DNA of 64,000 nt, from NCBI RefSeq assembly GCF_041956535.1, contig NW_027192195.1, positions 1,199,347 through 1,263,346 on the forward strand, in the 5' to 3' direction. A program made the position numbers and the translations under genes. Each line of letters opens with the position of its first letter. Position 1 is the stretch's first letter. Shown here piece after piece: positions 23,551 through 34,842 of this stretch. The DNA comes from Calcarisporiella thermophila CBS 279.70. Lineage: Eukaryota; Fungi; Calcarisporiellomycota. Under the pieces are notes generated by a model, which saw only the letters and a program-made list of their open reading frames with translations, was not told where the DNA came from and did no database searches.

Positions 23551-25520
23551 ATGGAGAACAAAATGGACGTTGAGGTGGAGATCCCCGAAGAGAAGCGGAA
23601 AGAAGAAACCGACGCACTGGTCATTGCTGGTACTTGATGTGAATTCCTAGCCTACTTTCAAGTTTGATTAATTCTTTTTTTTTTTTTACTTTCCTCCTTT
23701 GACCAGACATCAAGGCTAATTTCTCCCACTTGGAGCGCGCTGTTCAATCGCTTGAAACCCGTTTCACCGCACGTGCTCTGCGATCCAATGCTTCTATTCG
23801 GCGGCGATTAAATGCCGAGGTGCTAGAACGCGTGATAAAAGACACTCATTCGAAGAGTACGTTGGATTTGTTATGGTTACTATGAAATCTATGGTTCACA
23901 GTGCATTAATGTGTCTAGGTAACGATGTGAAGACTTTATTATCCTACATAGACAAGGTTAATTTCAATACCACGTTTTTGCTGTGGATCCTATTCTAAAC
24001 TTATTCGTTCTATTTTTATTCTAGGATGTTGAGTCAATGGATCTCGAGACACCCAATTCCGACCAGCAAGTGTTGCCTGAAGTGGATATTTATTTGCGAC
24101 TGTTAGTGCTGTTATATCTGCTTGACAAGGAGCAGTATGATAAAGTAATGTCGACGGTTTCTTCGAAATAACTCTTTCCTGCTAATACAAGCGTAATGAC
24201 AATATTAGGGTATTAAACTGGCCGACGAGACAGTTGCTAAGGTGCAAGCGCTTAATCGACGCACGATGGACTTGCTCCAGGCACGCGTCTACTTCTACTA
24301 TGCACGCTTCCACGAAATCAAAGGACAACTGGATCAGATTAGACCGTAAGCCTGCGAGATAGAACCATTCTTCTCCGAATCGGAAGTTTAGACTATTTCA
24401 CTTTAATAGAACCCTGTTGGCTGCCCAACGCACTACTGCACTTAGACGCGATGACGAGTCTCAAGCCACCCTCTTGAATTTGCTACTACGCAACTATCTC
24501 CACTATAATCTCTATGACCAAGCCGATAAGATAGTCTCTAAAGCAACCTTTAGCGATCAAGTTGCCAATGCACAGCTTGCCCGCTATGCATACTATCTCG
24601 GTTTGTTACATTATCGACTAGGTTAGGATTTTCTGAGCTAATTTTTTTTTGTATTAAGGTCGAATCAAGGCTATCCAGCTGGAATACAGCACAGCACACA
24701 CGCAATTACTGCAAGCAATTAGGAAGGCGCCCCAGACACCGGCTGCTACTGGATTCCTTCAAACAGTAAGAAGTCATTTTACTCGCTTTTCATCGCGACA
24801 TTTCTCACTATCTGACCGTGTCCTCTCTCATCATCAGGTTCATAAGCTGTTTGTCATTGTGCAGTTGTTGATGGGTGATATTCCTGAGCGCTCGATCTTC
24901 AGACAACCGACCCTGCGAAAAGCCTTGACACCCTATCTCCATATTGTGCAAGGTAAACCTCCAAACTCACTCTTCGACCTTTTGTTAACGTGGCTAATGC
25001 AAATGGATGGGTTTTAGCGGTAAGAGTGGGTGACCTTGCCAAATTCCAGGATACACTCCAAGCGCACAGTGTGACTTTCCGTGCCGACAAAAACTACACA
25101 CTTATCCAGCGGTTGCGTCACAATGTTATCAAGACCGGAGTGCGTATGATCTCGCTCTCCTACTCACGCATTTCTCTGCGAGATATTGCGGTTAAGCTGC
25201 GGCTGGATAGTGAGCAGGACGCGGAGCATATCGTGGCCAAGGCAATTCGCGACCGTGTCATTGACGCCGCGCTTGATCACGAGCGGGGCTTCATGTGGTC
25301 GCGTGAGAATCCTGACGTATACTCGACAAATGAGCCTCAGGCAGCGTACCATCACAGGATACGGTTTTGCCTGGACCTGCATAATGATGCAGTGCGGGCC
25401 ATGCGGTTCCCTCTGAATGCTCACCGCAAGGAGCTTGTGAGTGCAGAGGAGGCACGGGAGCGGGAGCGGGAGCTAGCCAAGGAAATCGAGGACATTGAGG
25501 ATGAGATGGACGAATTTTAA
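23551..25520 (+). CDS. RPN3: 26S proteasome regulatory subunit Rpn3, multi-exon
   Basis: [40 protein letters not shown] domain, DVYSTNEPQ. Confidence 0.95.
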
Positions 25521-25745
25521 GATAGACGGGCGTGTGAGGGTGCAGCTTGTGAGATATATTATTACTCGTCTTACTACACATCAGTAAAAACATGGATACA
25601 ATAAAAAAAACATGGTTATATGTTTAAGAGAGAGCATGTTCCCGCTTGCAAAGCTGAATCTGGGAACCATAGGAGAGAAAGGGAAAAGGAAGAATCTTCA
25701 CGTGTCTAATGAATTGGGGGAATAAATTAACTCGATATGAATGAA

Positions 25746-26824
25746 TCAAGGAGAATATACAAAATGGGCTCCTATCCCGGCGGTCAAAAACGCAGTGAGC
25801 AGCGATGAAATAAAGTTGATTTGGTGGCCATCTAATATGTTGACCCCATTCACCTTCTTAACTCCCTCAGCCTTGGTCAGGGTGACTTTTCCTTCTTTCT
25901 CGAGGTAGAGCGATTCCTCGAGCGTCGCTCCCAGTAGTGAGTCGATGAGGGATCCCATGAGTCCCGCGAGAGCACCAATCCAAACAAGATTTAAAGTGGG
26001 TAACCACCCCACTCTCGCATAGCAAAGAGGTTGACTAAACAGTAGCGAGACCGATGCAACCAGCCCAATTAAGGAGCCTCCTATTAAAGAAGCTGCAAGG
26101 CCGAGAGGTGAAACCGCGCCGTTGGTGCCGGGAGGAACCTAATACATTAAAAAAATTCCTTGAGCGTGAGTCGAAATGAGAAAAATAGGAGAACATTCGT
26201 ATATACTCTGCGAAGAGTTGTGATGAGGATTGGCCAGCCTTTGTTAAGGACACCAATCTCACTGGACCATGTGTCTCCATTACAGCAAGCATAGTGACTA
26301 AATATTCAACCGTGAATAAGTAGGTGGATAGAGATCCGGCAAAATAACCATGTCAGCGTTACCCAAGGTAAAAAAGTATGATATTGCATGCTAGTGGATC
26401 AAAGGCAAAGCAGTCGGTCGAAATGCTACCCCGATAATGAGAATAGGTGTAAATGAGGGCAGCGGCCGTACCAGTAGCTCCATTAGCAAGTACTTGTATC
26501 CAATTTCTTTGTCCGCCTATAAGACATTTTCATCCCCGCATTATTCCAATAATTCAAAAAATAAAACATCGACTAATGCTTTAGCAATTTACCTTCAACG
26601 TAATCTGCATCTAACTCTTTCTTTCGCGCAGCCTTTAATTTGGTTAATCGGGAACTCGAGAAGAAAAATGTAAGTAACACGGTGGTGAATAGACTAAGAG
26701 GAGAAGTGAAGGTCGCAAATCCAACGAGTGATGCAAAAATAATCCCGCTAGTGGAGAGGGAGCGTTTTCGATAGCCATGATAGGCTATAATGGCCACAAA
26801 GATGAGGGCAAGTAGAATGTGCAT
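25746..26824 (-). CDS. TMEM19/DUF92 integral membrane protein, multi-exon
   Basis: RKRSLSTSG, FFFSSSRLTKLK, GGQRNWIQVLANG, GSLIDSLLGATLE. Confidence 0.88.
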
Positions 26825-27074
26825 GCCTATTCAATAGAGTAATTGGAAAACTAGAGTCGCGATTTTCCTAAACGGAAATCGCATTTAGAAAGAGGCTCAG
26901 CAAACCCAAATGGGAGGTTCAACAAAGTAGCAGCCCGAATCAAATACGAATTTGAATTATGATTAAATAAATCATTTAGAAATAATAGGTATTACTTCAT
27001 AAACAACTCTTATTTATAAAACATTAATATAGTAGAAAAACCTAATCACTCAGCTATTCCTCCGTAAATACCAA

Positions 27075-28903
27075 ATGGACGATGCTGGGGCGTTAAAATT
27101 GCTACTTAGGAAAGAAGAGATAAATGAAGACTCTGATCCTGACGCTCTCAAGCTCGTAAAACAGCTCAATTTTCTGCCTCTTGCAATCGAACTAGCCGGT
27201 GCGGTCTTGAGAAATGATCCTAAACTCACAGCTGGAGAATATCTTTACGGTAATCAGAATCCTGGTATTCTTGAAGACCAAATTATGGAACTTCAAAAGT
27301 GTATTAGCCCCGAAGCTGTGAACCAGCACACACTTTCGAATACTCAAAGACCGTCTTGACTGCATGTAAACGCATGTTCGACCGAATCGAACCACAAAAA
27401 TTGGCCCTTTTTCGATCTATTGCATTGCTACATCAGGATGATATTCTTATTTCGCTATTTGACAACCATTCTGACCTGATCCTTGGTCTCGATAGTAGAC
27501 TATGCTCCAGTGTATTAATCATTTACATTTTGCAATTGTCTAAATACTCGCTCATCAATCCGTTAAAAGACGAGGGAAGAGATATTACCGCCGCTGATAG
27601 CTTTTCTATTCATCGCTTAGTGCAGAAAGTCATGCTTTATGAAATGTGCCCATCAGAAAAATTGCAACAATGTGAAAAGCTTATCATAGCATTGAAGTAG
27701 AGAAACAGGAGGTATGGAGGTAGAGAAACAGCTTCCCAAGAATTACGTTCCTTCAAACCACCAATTTCGAAGGATTATGCAATTATATGCGTCCCATATG
27801 CAACATGTCATTCAAATAATGGAAACGTATAAAGAGAATAAATTCTCCTATAATAACGACTTATTAGACCTTCTCTCGCCAACAGTGATCTTTCTTGCGA
27901 GTAGAGTGCAGTTTGCGGAGGCCAGTAATCTAACTAAACTAGCCATTGATGCTTCGGAAGCAACAAATGGTAAGGGTCACCATTTGACGGCGAAAGCCGA
28001 GAGCAATTTGTTTTATCTCTTCTTCATGAAGTGTGATTTCGGATCCTCGGAAACCCATTGTTATAATGCATTCACTATTCGCAAGTGGAAATTAGGTATA
28101 AAACACAAGCTTACGCGGTCATCCCTTCATTATCTTGCGTTCATTTATTACAGGGTAGAAAAACGCGAGAGTACTTTGGCCCCTAGGAAAGAAAGAAAGA
28201 AAAGAAAAGAATAAAAAGAAAGAAGCGGCAAACCACGACGATTATATTGCAATGCGATATTTAGTGGATCGCTTAAAGGAATAGGCCGGAAGAAAATTAT
28301 GGAAAAGGAAATACAAAACACGTATAATAGCCGAAGTGAAGTAAGTTATGTATGAGTATGGCAGAATCGATCAGACATCTCTTCACCAATCTGTTCAGAA
28401 TGGCGATGTTGATAGTGTAAGAGCTTTTGCCAGAAATTTCGAGCAATTTATTAATACCGGCGATAGATACGGTCTAATGCCCCTCCACTATGCAACGAAG
28501 GATAATCTCATCCATATGGCTAGATTGCTTGTTACCGAATTGCGTGCTAAAGTGAACAGTATGGACGACGGAGGAAAAACTCCACTACACGTTGCAGCAG
28601 AAAACGGACATTACAATATGTTTACGAAGTTGGTAACATGGGGAACAGAGGTGAAGATGTGTGACAAATATGGACTGGCGTCAATGCATTTTGCAGCAGC
28701 AGGTGAGAAGTGTAAGTTGGTAAAGAGGCTGAGTAAACATTGTGATGCTGATGCAAATGCAAGGACCGAGGTGAGTGGACGCCGTTGCATTATGCTACGA
28801 GAGGAGGACACTTGGATTTGGTGAAGCTGTTGGTAGAGCAATATGGTGCGGATGCGAACGCCCAGGATGGGGGATGGACCTCGCTGCATTCTGCGACGAA
28901 AGG
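27075..28903 (+). pseudogene. Disrupted NLR-like gene: NB-ARC C-terminal half, TPR, first ankyrin repeats
   Basis: LNFLPLAIELAGA (GxP-like), SIHRLVQ (MHD-like), TPR LGIKHKLTRSSLHYLA, ANK GKTPLHVAAENGH; frameshifts or stops near 27350, 27700, 28212 and 28775; no P-loop upstream. Confidence 0.75.
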
Positions 28904-29146
28904 TGTAACACGACCAAACCTCTACCTCTTTTTATAATTAATATCACTTTCCTTTTATATACGTACTGACCACATGCTCATGAAACGAGTTTTTTTAAGG
29001 TTTTTTCCCCAGAGAATCATCTTTATTTAATACTCGATGTATTTTTCATTATTTCCTCACTGTTCTCTTGAATTCATTATTCATTCTGTTGAATTGAATT
29101 CATTATTAATTAAGAATCCGAATCAATGAGTCTCAGAACTGTTACA
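28904..29146 (-). mobile_element. Solo LTR inserted in an ankyrin repeat
   Basis: TGTAACA...TGTTACA termini; splits WTSLHSATK|DGH; TATATAAAAGG on the minus strand; TSD only imperfect (AAAGG/GATGG). Confidence 0.7.
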
Positions 29147-30007
29147 GATGGGCATATAGAGCTCGAAAATATTTTGCTAGAGAATTACGGAGCGTATGCT
29201 AACCCGACCGAACATGGATGGACCACTTTGCATTCCGCGGTGAAAAGTGGGCACATAGAGCGCGTGAAGCTGTTGGTAGAGCAACACAATGCTGATGTGA
29301 ACGACAAGGATGATGGAGGGTGGACATCATTGCATATTGCGGTGTATTATGGGCATGTGGAGTTGGTGAAGCTGTTGGTAGAGCAATGCAATGCTGATGT
29401 GAAAGCCAAGAACGATAGGAGGTGGACATCATTGCATATTGCGGCGAATCGTGGACATGTGGAGTTGGTGAAGCTGTTGGTAGAGCAATACAAAGCTAAT
29501 GTGAACGCCAAGAATAATAAAGGGTGGACATCATTGCATAATGCGGCGTATCATGGGCATATGGAGTTGGTGAAGCTGTTGGTAAAGCAATACAATGCTG
29601 ATGTGAACGCCAAGAATGATGGAGGGTGGACATCATTGCATATTGCGGCGAATCATGGGAATGTGGAGTTGGTGAAGCTGTTGGTAAAGCAATGCAATGC
29701 TGATGTGAATGCCACAACTAAGGATAGATGGACACCATTGCATATTGCGGCGAATCATGGGAACGTGGAGTTAGTGAAGCTGTTGGTAGAGCAATGCAAA
29801 GCTGATGCAAACGTTAAAACCCAGTACGGATGGCCGGCACTGAGGCTTGCTGAGAAAAAAAGGCACGGCATTGTTATTAAACTGTTGGAGAAAGTAACGA
29901 AGATTTCATATCGTCGCTACAGAGGAAATTTTAGCGCAAGTATACATTACAATACTTTGCTGATTCTTGGAAATTTAATGAAACTATTTCTCTATATAGC
30001 ATCGTAG
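29126..30007 (+). CDS. Ankyrin-repeat ORF (3' part of the NLR-like gene; ATG lies inside the solo LTR)
   Basis: Six near-identical 34-aa ANK repeats GWTSLHIAAxxGHVELVKLLVEQxNADVNAK. Confidence 0.7.
   Translation: MSLRTVTDGHIELENILLENYGAYANPTEHGWTTLHSAVKSGHIERVKLLVEQHNADVNDKDDGGWTSLHIAVYYGHVELVKLLVEQCNADVKAKNDRRWTSLHIAANRGHVELVKLLVEQYKANVNAKNNKGWTSLHNAAYHGHMELVKLLVKQYNADVNAKNDGGWTSLHIAANHGNVELVKLLVKQCNADVNATTKDRWTPLHIAANHGNVELVKLLVEQCKADANVKTQYGWPALRLAEKKRHGIVIKLLEKVTKISYRRYRGNFSASIHYNTLLILGNLMKLFLYIAS
29219..29830 (+). repeat. Tandem 102-bp coding repeats (6 units)
   Basis: TGGAC unit starts at 29219, 29321, 29423, 29525, 29627 and 29729. Confidence 0.95.
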
Positions 30008-30639
30008 TTGGGATTGGAAATTGGGTATTTAATAGTCCTCTAATGAGCTGTCAGATATCAGTATTCTGTTTTTTTTTTCCGGTGTTTTATGAGATTTTCG
30101 CATTTTTGTTATGTTTGTTAGTATCAGACCGTCTTGATTAATATCCCAAGATGGTCTGTTACTAATAATTTCTAAAATTTTTAGATCAAATATTTGATCC
30201 GAGATCTTATATTCTTTTTGATTGTCTATTCTGATTTAAAAACTATTTCTCTTTGTTCCACATCTATATTTTACCTGTCTATCATACGAACCCTGTTATA
30301 TCATACATTCCCTTAGTTAGCTTAATTGGTATTACACCATTTTTTATAAAATCAATTGAAACTCCTGTAAGGTTACCATTACAAATCAATATCGTATATT
30401 TTGTTAAAGCAAATTATACAAGCTCCACCACCAGACATATCAGGGAGTATTGTTTGTAACTTTTCACTGATAAAGGCGTATCAAAAAGAAAAATTTCGTG
30501 GGATATTTTTGCATCAATAAGCAAAGGTAGGCACATACCTTTGTAACTAAACAAGAAAATGCATTTATGGTCTGAAAGTCGTTCCAAGTTTTCTGTCAAC
30601 CTAACCCTTTATTATATAATAATATATTCACTAGCCTCG

Positions 30640-31655
30640 CAACATATCTGTTCAACGCGCTCGTGTATCCGTCCTTCTCGAAGAAGGTCATTCCACTCGT
30701 GAAATTGCCGCTCGTGAGGGCACCAGCAGAACAACTGTATCAAGAATACACCAAGATGAAGAGAATGATCCAGAGAGTTCATCAAGAAAGAAATGGGTCG
30801 CCCGCGCAAGTTATCCCGGCGTGATGAAAATAGACTATCCAGGAGCTTGACGACCGGAGAATGTAAGAACGCAGTCAAGACACAAGAACTTTGGAACGAG
30901 ACGATTGATCAGGATATCTCCGTTAATACTGTTCGCCAGACACTCCATCGCAATGATTTTGTTGCAAGGGTTCGAAGAAAAAGGCCTCTTCTCACAAAAA
31001 AGCATCGCCTCAGGAGATTGAAGTATGCAAGAAATAATAAGGATTGGACCACTGAAGATTGGAGTTGAGTCATCTTCTCGGATGAGTGCCAAATTCGTAT
31101 CTTTGGGGATGAGAGGCGAGAGTGGTACTGGAAGAAGTGTGACGAACCTCTTCAAGATCGCCATATACAATCCGTGATAAAATATGGAGGCGGAAGCATA
31201 ATGATGTGGGGTTTATGAGCTATTATGGCATCGGATTTTTATGCCGTATTATAAAAACTCTCGATGCCGAAGTTTATTCGCAAATCCTTGATGATGAATT
31301 GATGGCGACAATCTAGTGGTACAATCTTGACAAGAAAGAAATAATCTTTCAGCATGATAACGACCCAAAGCATAAAACAAAACTCGTCGAACGATGATTC
31401 CAAGGCAACCAGATCCAAGTTCTTGATTGGCCTTCACAATCGCCTGACCTTAATCCCATAGAACATCTATGGGATGAGGTAAAGAGACCACTGCGGGACA
31501 GATTCCCACAGATATCGGGAAAGGATGACCTGTGGGAAAAGGTGAAAGCCGTCTGGGAGTCGCTCACAAAGGACGATTGTGTTAAGTTGATAAATACGAT
31601 GCCAAGGCGGATTCAATAAGTTATCAATGCTAGAAGTGGATAAACTGAATTGTAG
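30640..31655 (+). mobile_element. Tc1-family (DD34E) transposase, degenerate
   Basis: GRPRKLS, WTTEDWS*VIFSDE, GGGSIMMWG, IFQHDNDPKH, WPSQSPDLNPIEHLW with 34 residues between D and E; several stops and frameshifts; TIRs not resolved. Confidence 0.9.
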
Positions 31656-32194
31656 TTAGAGCATACTTTATTTATCTTAAATATTGACTATTTGTTATAA
31701 TGAGTCTTTGGAGAAAGAGAATAAAAAGTTGAAACCATGAGATTTTCAATTTGATAAAATATGAAATTTCCCGAAATATATTAATATTCTTGAAAGGAGA
31801 GTTAGCAATGGGTATTCCACGGGGAATTAGGGGGATTAGCAGAGGGTTTTCAATTATACAAGTGCTAAGTATATAGGGGTTTTCTATGAAGAAATATTTG
31901 GGTTGAATGTAAAAATAATAGGGTGGCATGAAACTTTTAAGAGGCTCTTTAAGTTTACACACACTAGTTTAATTCACCTTTTACTTCGATATCATATTGG
32001 AAAAAAACCCGACTCTATCGAGATCCCTGCGCCTAGCGGATTCTTTGCATCATGCTCAATGACCTATTCTTAAACTCCCAGTCACAAATTAGGGCTAATC
32101 TCAGTTGTGTTCCCCAAATCTCGCCTTTTTTTCCTTCCGCTCTAAAATCCCCATTCGACTTTAGGGGTTAAAGGGGCATTAATTTTTGGTCACC

Positions 32195-34432
32195 ATGAGC
32201 TTGGAGATTATAATCAACTCGGCGCACAGTACCACACAGCAGCCCCCAACTCCACCGTCGGAAGACGATGACCGCCAACGTTATGTCATTCCTTCCATTT
32301 CCTCCTCGGGCCAATTTGCCTCCTTGTCATGTGAGGAAAGCGGTATCCAGCCTCCTACATTCCCCGAGGCGGATATATGCCAGGCCCTAACCTATGAATT
32401 GACCCCCCTGAAGACCATGGTGGAGCGCTTTCGACGCGGGGCGGAGGCGGTGCATCTCTGCACCCATTTCATTGGCGCCGCACTAGCCGCGGAGCAGTCC
32501 AAGAGGGGCGGGAAATTGGAGACAGTGGAGACCTGGATATATCGTTTTGGGGTCTATTTAGAGCTTCTCTCTGAACTTGCCCGACTTGCTAAGCTCCGTG
32601 GTGCTTGCGTCGACTCGGAGTTGAACTCTGTGCAACAAGAATGGAAGGAAATGCTGGCGCGCGTGGACGAGGCCAAACGTGGGATGCAGGGCAATAAGCA
32701 GCGTAAAGATATTGAAAACCGAATGAATGCAATCGAGGCACAGCTGCATGGGTTGGAAGAGACGATGGGCTTATTTCGGGAGAACCGCCGCGAGATACTA
32801 CCCCATTCTCCAACCTCGACCGAAGGCAATAGCCATCACGAGCTGCGGAGATCGCGGGATGATTTATGGCTCATGCATATCGATGAGAAGGCGGAGCCCC
32901 TCTATTCTCTGATTGATTATGTTTACTCGTGTTTGACGGCCCCGGATGCTCCCTCTGATCCGGAGGGAGTTCTGGCGCAGCGCTACACAAGCATTCAGAA
33001 GCGGTGGGAACTTATGAAGCAGGACCTTGACGAGCTCAGAGAGCGGCTCAAGGAGGATAGATGGGTCGAGTTTTTCTTTCATGTTACTCATCAGGTCGAT
33101 GTGATGATGGACTCGGTGCAAGCCTCCGTGGATCGCTTCAAACGTATGCTAAGAACAAAGGAGCGAGGGGAGTTTAGCAAGGAAGCGGCCTATGCATTTG
33201 TGAAAGGGTTCGATGCGAAGCGCTGCTTTTATTCACCGGCTATTGAGAGGATGGTTGTGGCTATAGGAAGTAGCATTAATGCGAAAGGAATCAAACATGC
33301 TGAGATTTTGAGGAGAGAGCGTGCGGTTTGTGAGAGATGGCGGCAATTGAAGAGCACCCTTGACGAGATTCAGATGCAAGTACCCAAATTGGCCTCAGAG
33401 CTGAGTGAGCCGATGACGCCCTCTCCACCACGCCATCTTCGATCCGGGCTTTCCCACCTGTCCCCCAATACCCAAGGGGACAGCCGACTTTTGTCCCCCT
33501 CCCTTCTGCGCCCCAGGGCCTCCACCATACCGCAGTATGAGCGCGCGCTGTCTGCTTGCTCTTTGAGTCGCTCAGAGTCTCGCTCCTCCATGTCCAGCGT
33601 CACTTCGACTGCCTCTACAACCAGACCACGGCTCAGATCCAGGGCATACACCTCTATCCATGACCGTCCCCGCTGGAACTCGTCTACTAAAATCGATGCG
33701 CCTCCAAAGATATCACTTCCAGATCGACCAGTGGAAACCTCCCGGTGTAAGACTCCAACTCAGGCGAGGGTGAATAGCAGAGCGAGAACTCCCACCCCGC
33801 GTACCCCAACTCGCACCTCTAAGGGAACGGATAAAGGGTGCACCACCCCAAAAGACGCCATTCCCTCCCTTTCGGTCACTCCAACGGCAAGCAGTCCTTC
33901 CTCCCGAGCGACCACGCCCACCTTGGGTGACGGGAGAGTTACTCCAACGCCCTCCTATACATCTCGGTCGCGAGTTAATTCAAACGGTAAAATTTCCATG
34001 ATTCCACGGCCCGTACGCAGGGTTTCCACATGCAGCACTGCAAGCGAAAGTAATGATGATAAGCCGGCCTTCAGTTCAAACGGCAAAAACCAGACCTCGA
34101 ATGCCTCGAATAAGCCCACTCAACCGTTCTCGGGTTCAGCGCCTGCCACGCCTCCTCACCTTCAAATGCCCGACCTTGACCGAGAGGTAACCCGTATCCT
34201 TCAATCTTTGCCCATCACTGTCCCATGCACGCGTGTCACCCCTGTCAATGACGGCGAGGCCCGCTACCAATTTTCAGAAAATGGGCGCAGTATGCTGTGC
34301 CGGCTCGTGCACAGGAATAACCGAGTTCTGGTGCGCGATACCATTGGTTGGATGGAGCTGGAGGGGTGGCTGCTACAAAAGGGACGCGGCATTGTCAAAG
34401 ATATACGAAATCAGAGTATGAATATTGGATAA
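32195..34432 (+). CDS. KAR9: Kar9-like karyogamy/spindle-positioning protein with C-terminal GAR (Gas2)-like domain
   Basis: Helical N-half with LKEDRW, Ser/Thr/Pro/Arg-rich middle with RPRWNSS and SxIP (SMIP), C-terminal RYQF..LCRLV..RVLVR..GWMELEGWL; single exon. Confidence 0.75.
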   Translation: MSLEIIINSAHSTTQQPPTPPSEDDDRQRYVIPSISSSGQFASLSCEESGIQPPTFPEADICQALTYELTPLKTMVERFRRGAEAVHLCTHFIGAALAAEQSKRGGKLETVETWIYRFGVYLELLSELARLAKLRGACVDSELNSVQQEWKEMLARVDEAKRGMQGNKQRKDIENRMNAIEAQLHGLEETMGLFRENRREILPHSPTSTEGNSHHELRRSRDDLWLMHIDEKAEPLYSLIDYVYSCLTAPDAPSDPEGVLAQRYTSIQKRWELMKQDLDELRERLKEDRWVEFFFHVTHQVDVMMDSVQASVDRFKRMLRTKERGEFSKEAAYAFVKGFDAKRCFYSPAIERMVVAIGSSINAKGIKHAEILRRERAVCERWRQLKSTLDEIQMQVPKLASELSEPMTPSPPRHLRSGLSHLSPNTQGDSRLLSPSLLRPRASTIPQYERALSACSLSRSESRSSMSSVTSTASTTRPRLRSRAYTSIHDRPRWNSSTKIDAPPKISLPDRPVETSRCKTPTQARVNSRARTPTPRTPTRTSKGTDKGCTTPKDAIPSLSVTPTASSPSSRATTPTLGDGRVTPTPSYTSRSRVNSNGKISMIPRPVRRVSTCSTASESNDDKPAFSSNGKNQTSNASNKPTQPFSGSAPATPPHLQMPDLDREVTRILQSLPITVPCTRVTPVNDGEARYQFSENGRSMLCRLVHRNNRVLVRDTIGWMELEGWLLQKGRGIVKDIRNQSMNIG

Positions 34433-34842
34433 GCATACGAACGAATCGGACACTCCATGGAAACATTTCAATATAGAAAACTAATTTTGTATGATATTTA
34501 TTTTGGTATAATTTTTTTTTTATTTCACTATTATTTTCTCGTACACTTGCCTTTATTTCCTTGTTCATATTCGTTGACATCTTTATTCATGTAACGTATT
34601 CTCTCTATTCCTTTGACTCCTGTATTTTCCTTTTCATTTTTTGGCTCTCTATTTCGGTATTTCAAAACATGGACAAGAATATCTATTACGATGCTTTGAT
34701 TGAACTCTGCTGCTCCTCCCATTATTGGCGGCTTGGAATTTTCTGCAGAGCTCTTATTTTTAGATCCATATATTGATATCAACCATAGGCATCTCATATC
34801 TTCCTCCCAATTAATACGGCATAATTCACCCCAATATAATAG

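Noticed and set aside
29199-29717. Repetitive antisense ORFs (HQHCIALPTASPT)
   Set aside because: Simply the reverse frame of the 102-bp ankyrin repeats
30200-31980. Terminal inverted repeats for the Tc1 element
   Set aside because: Only weak AT-rich similarity between flanks; no TA-flanked TIR pair could be defined
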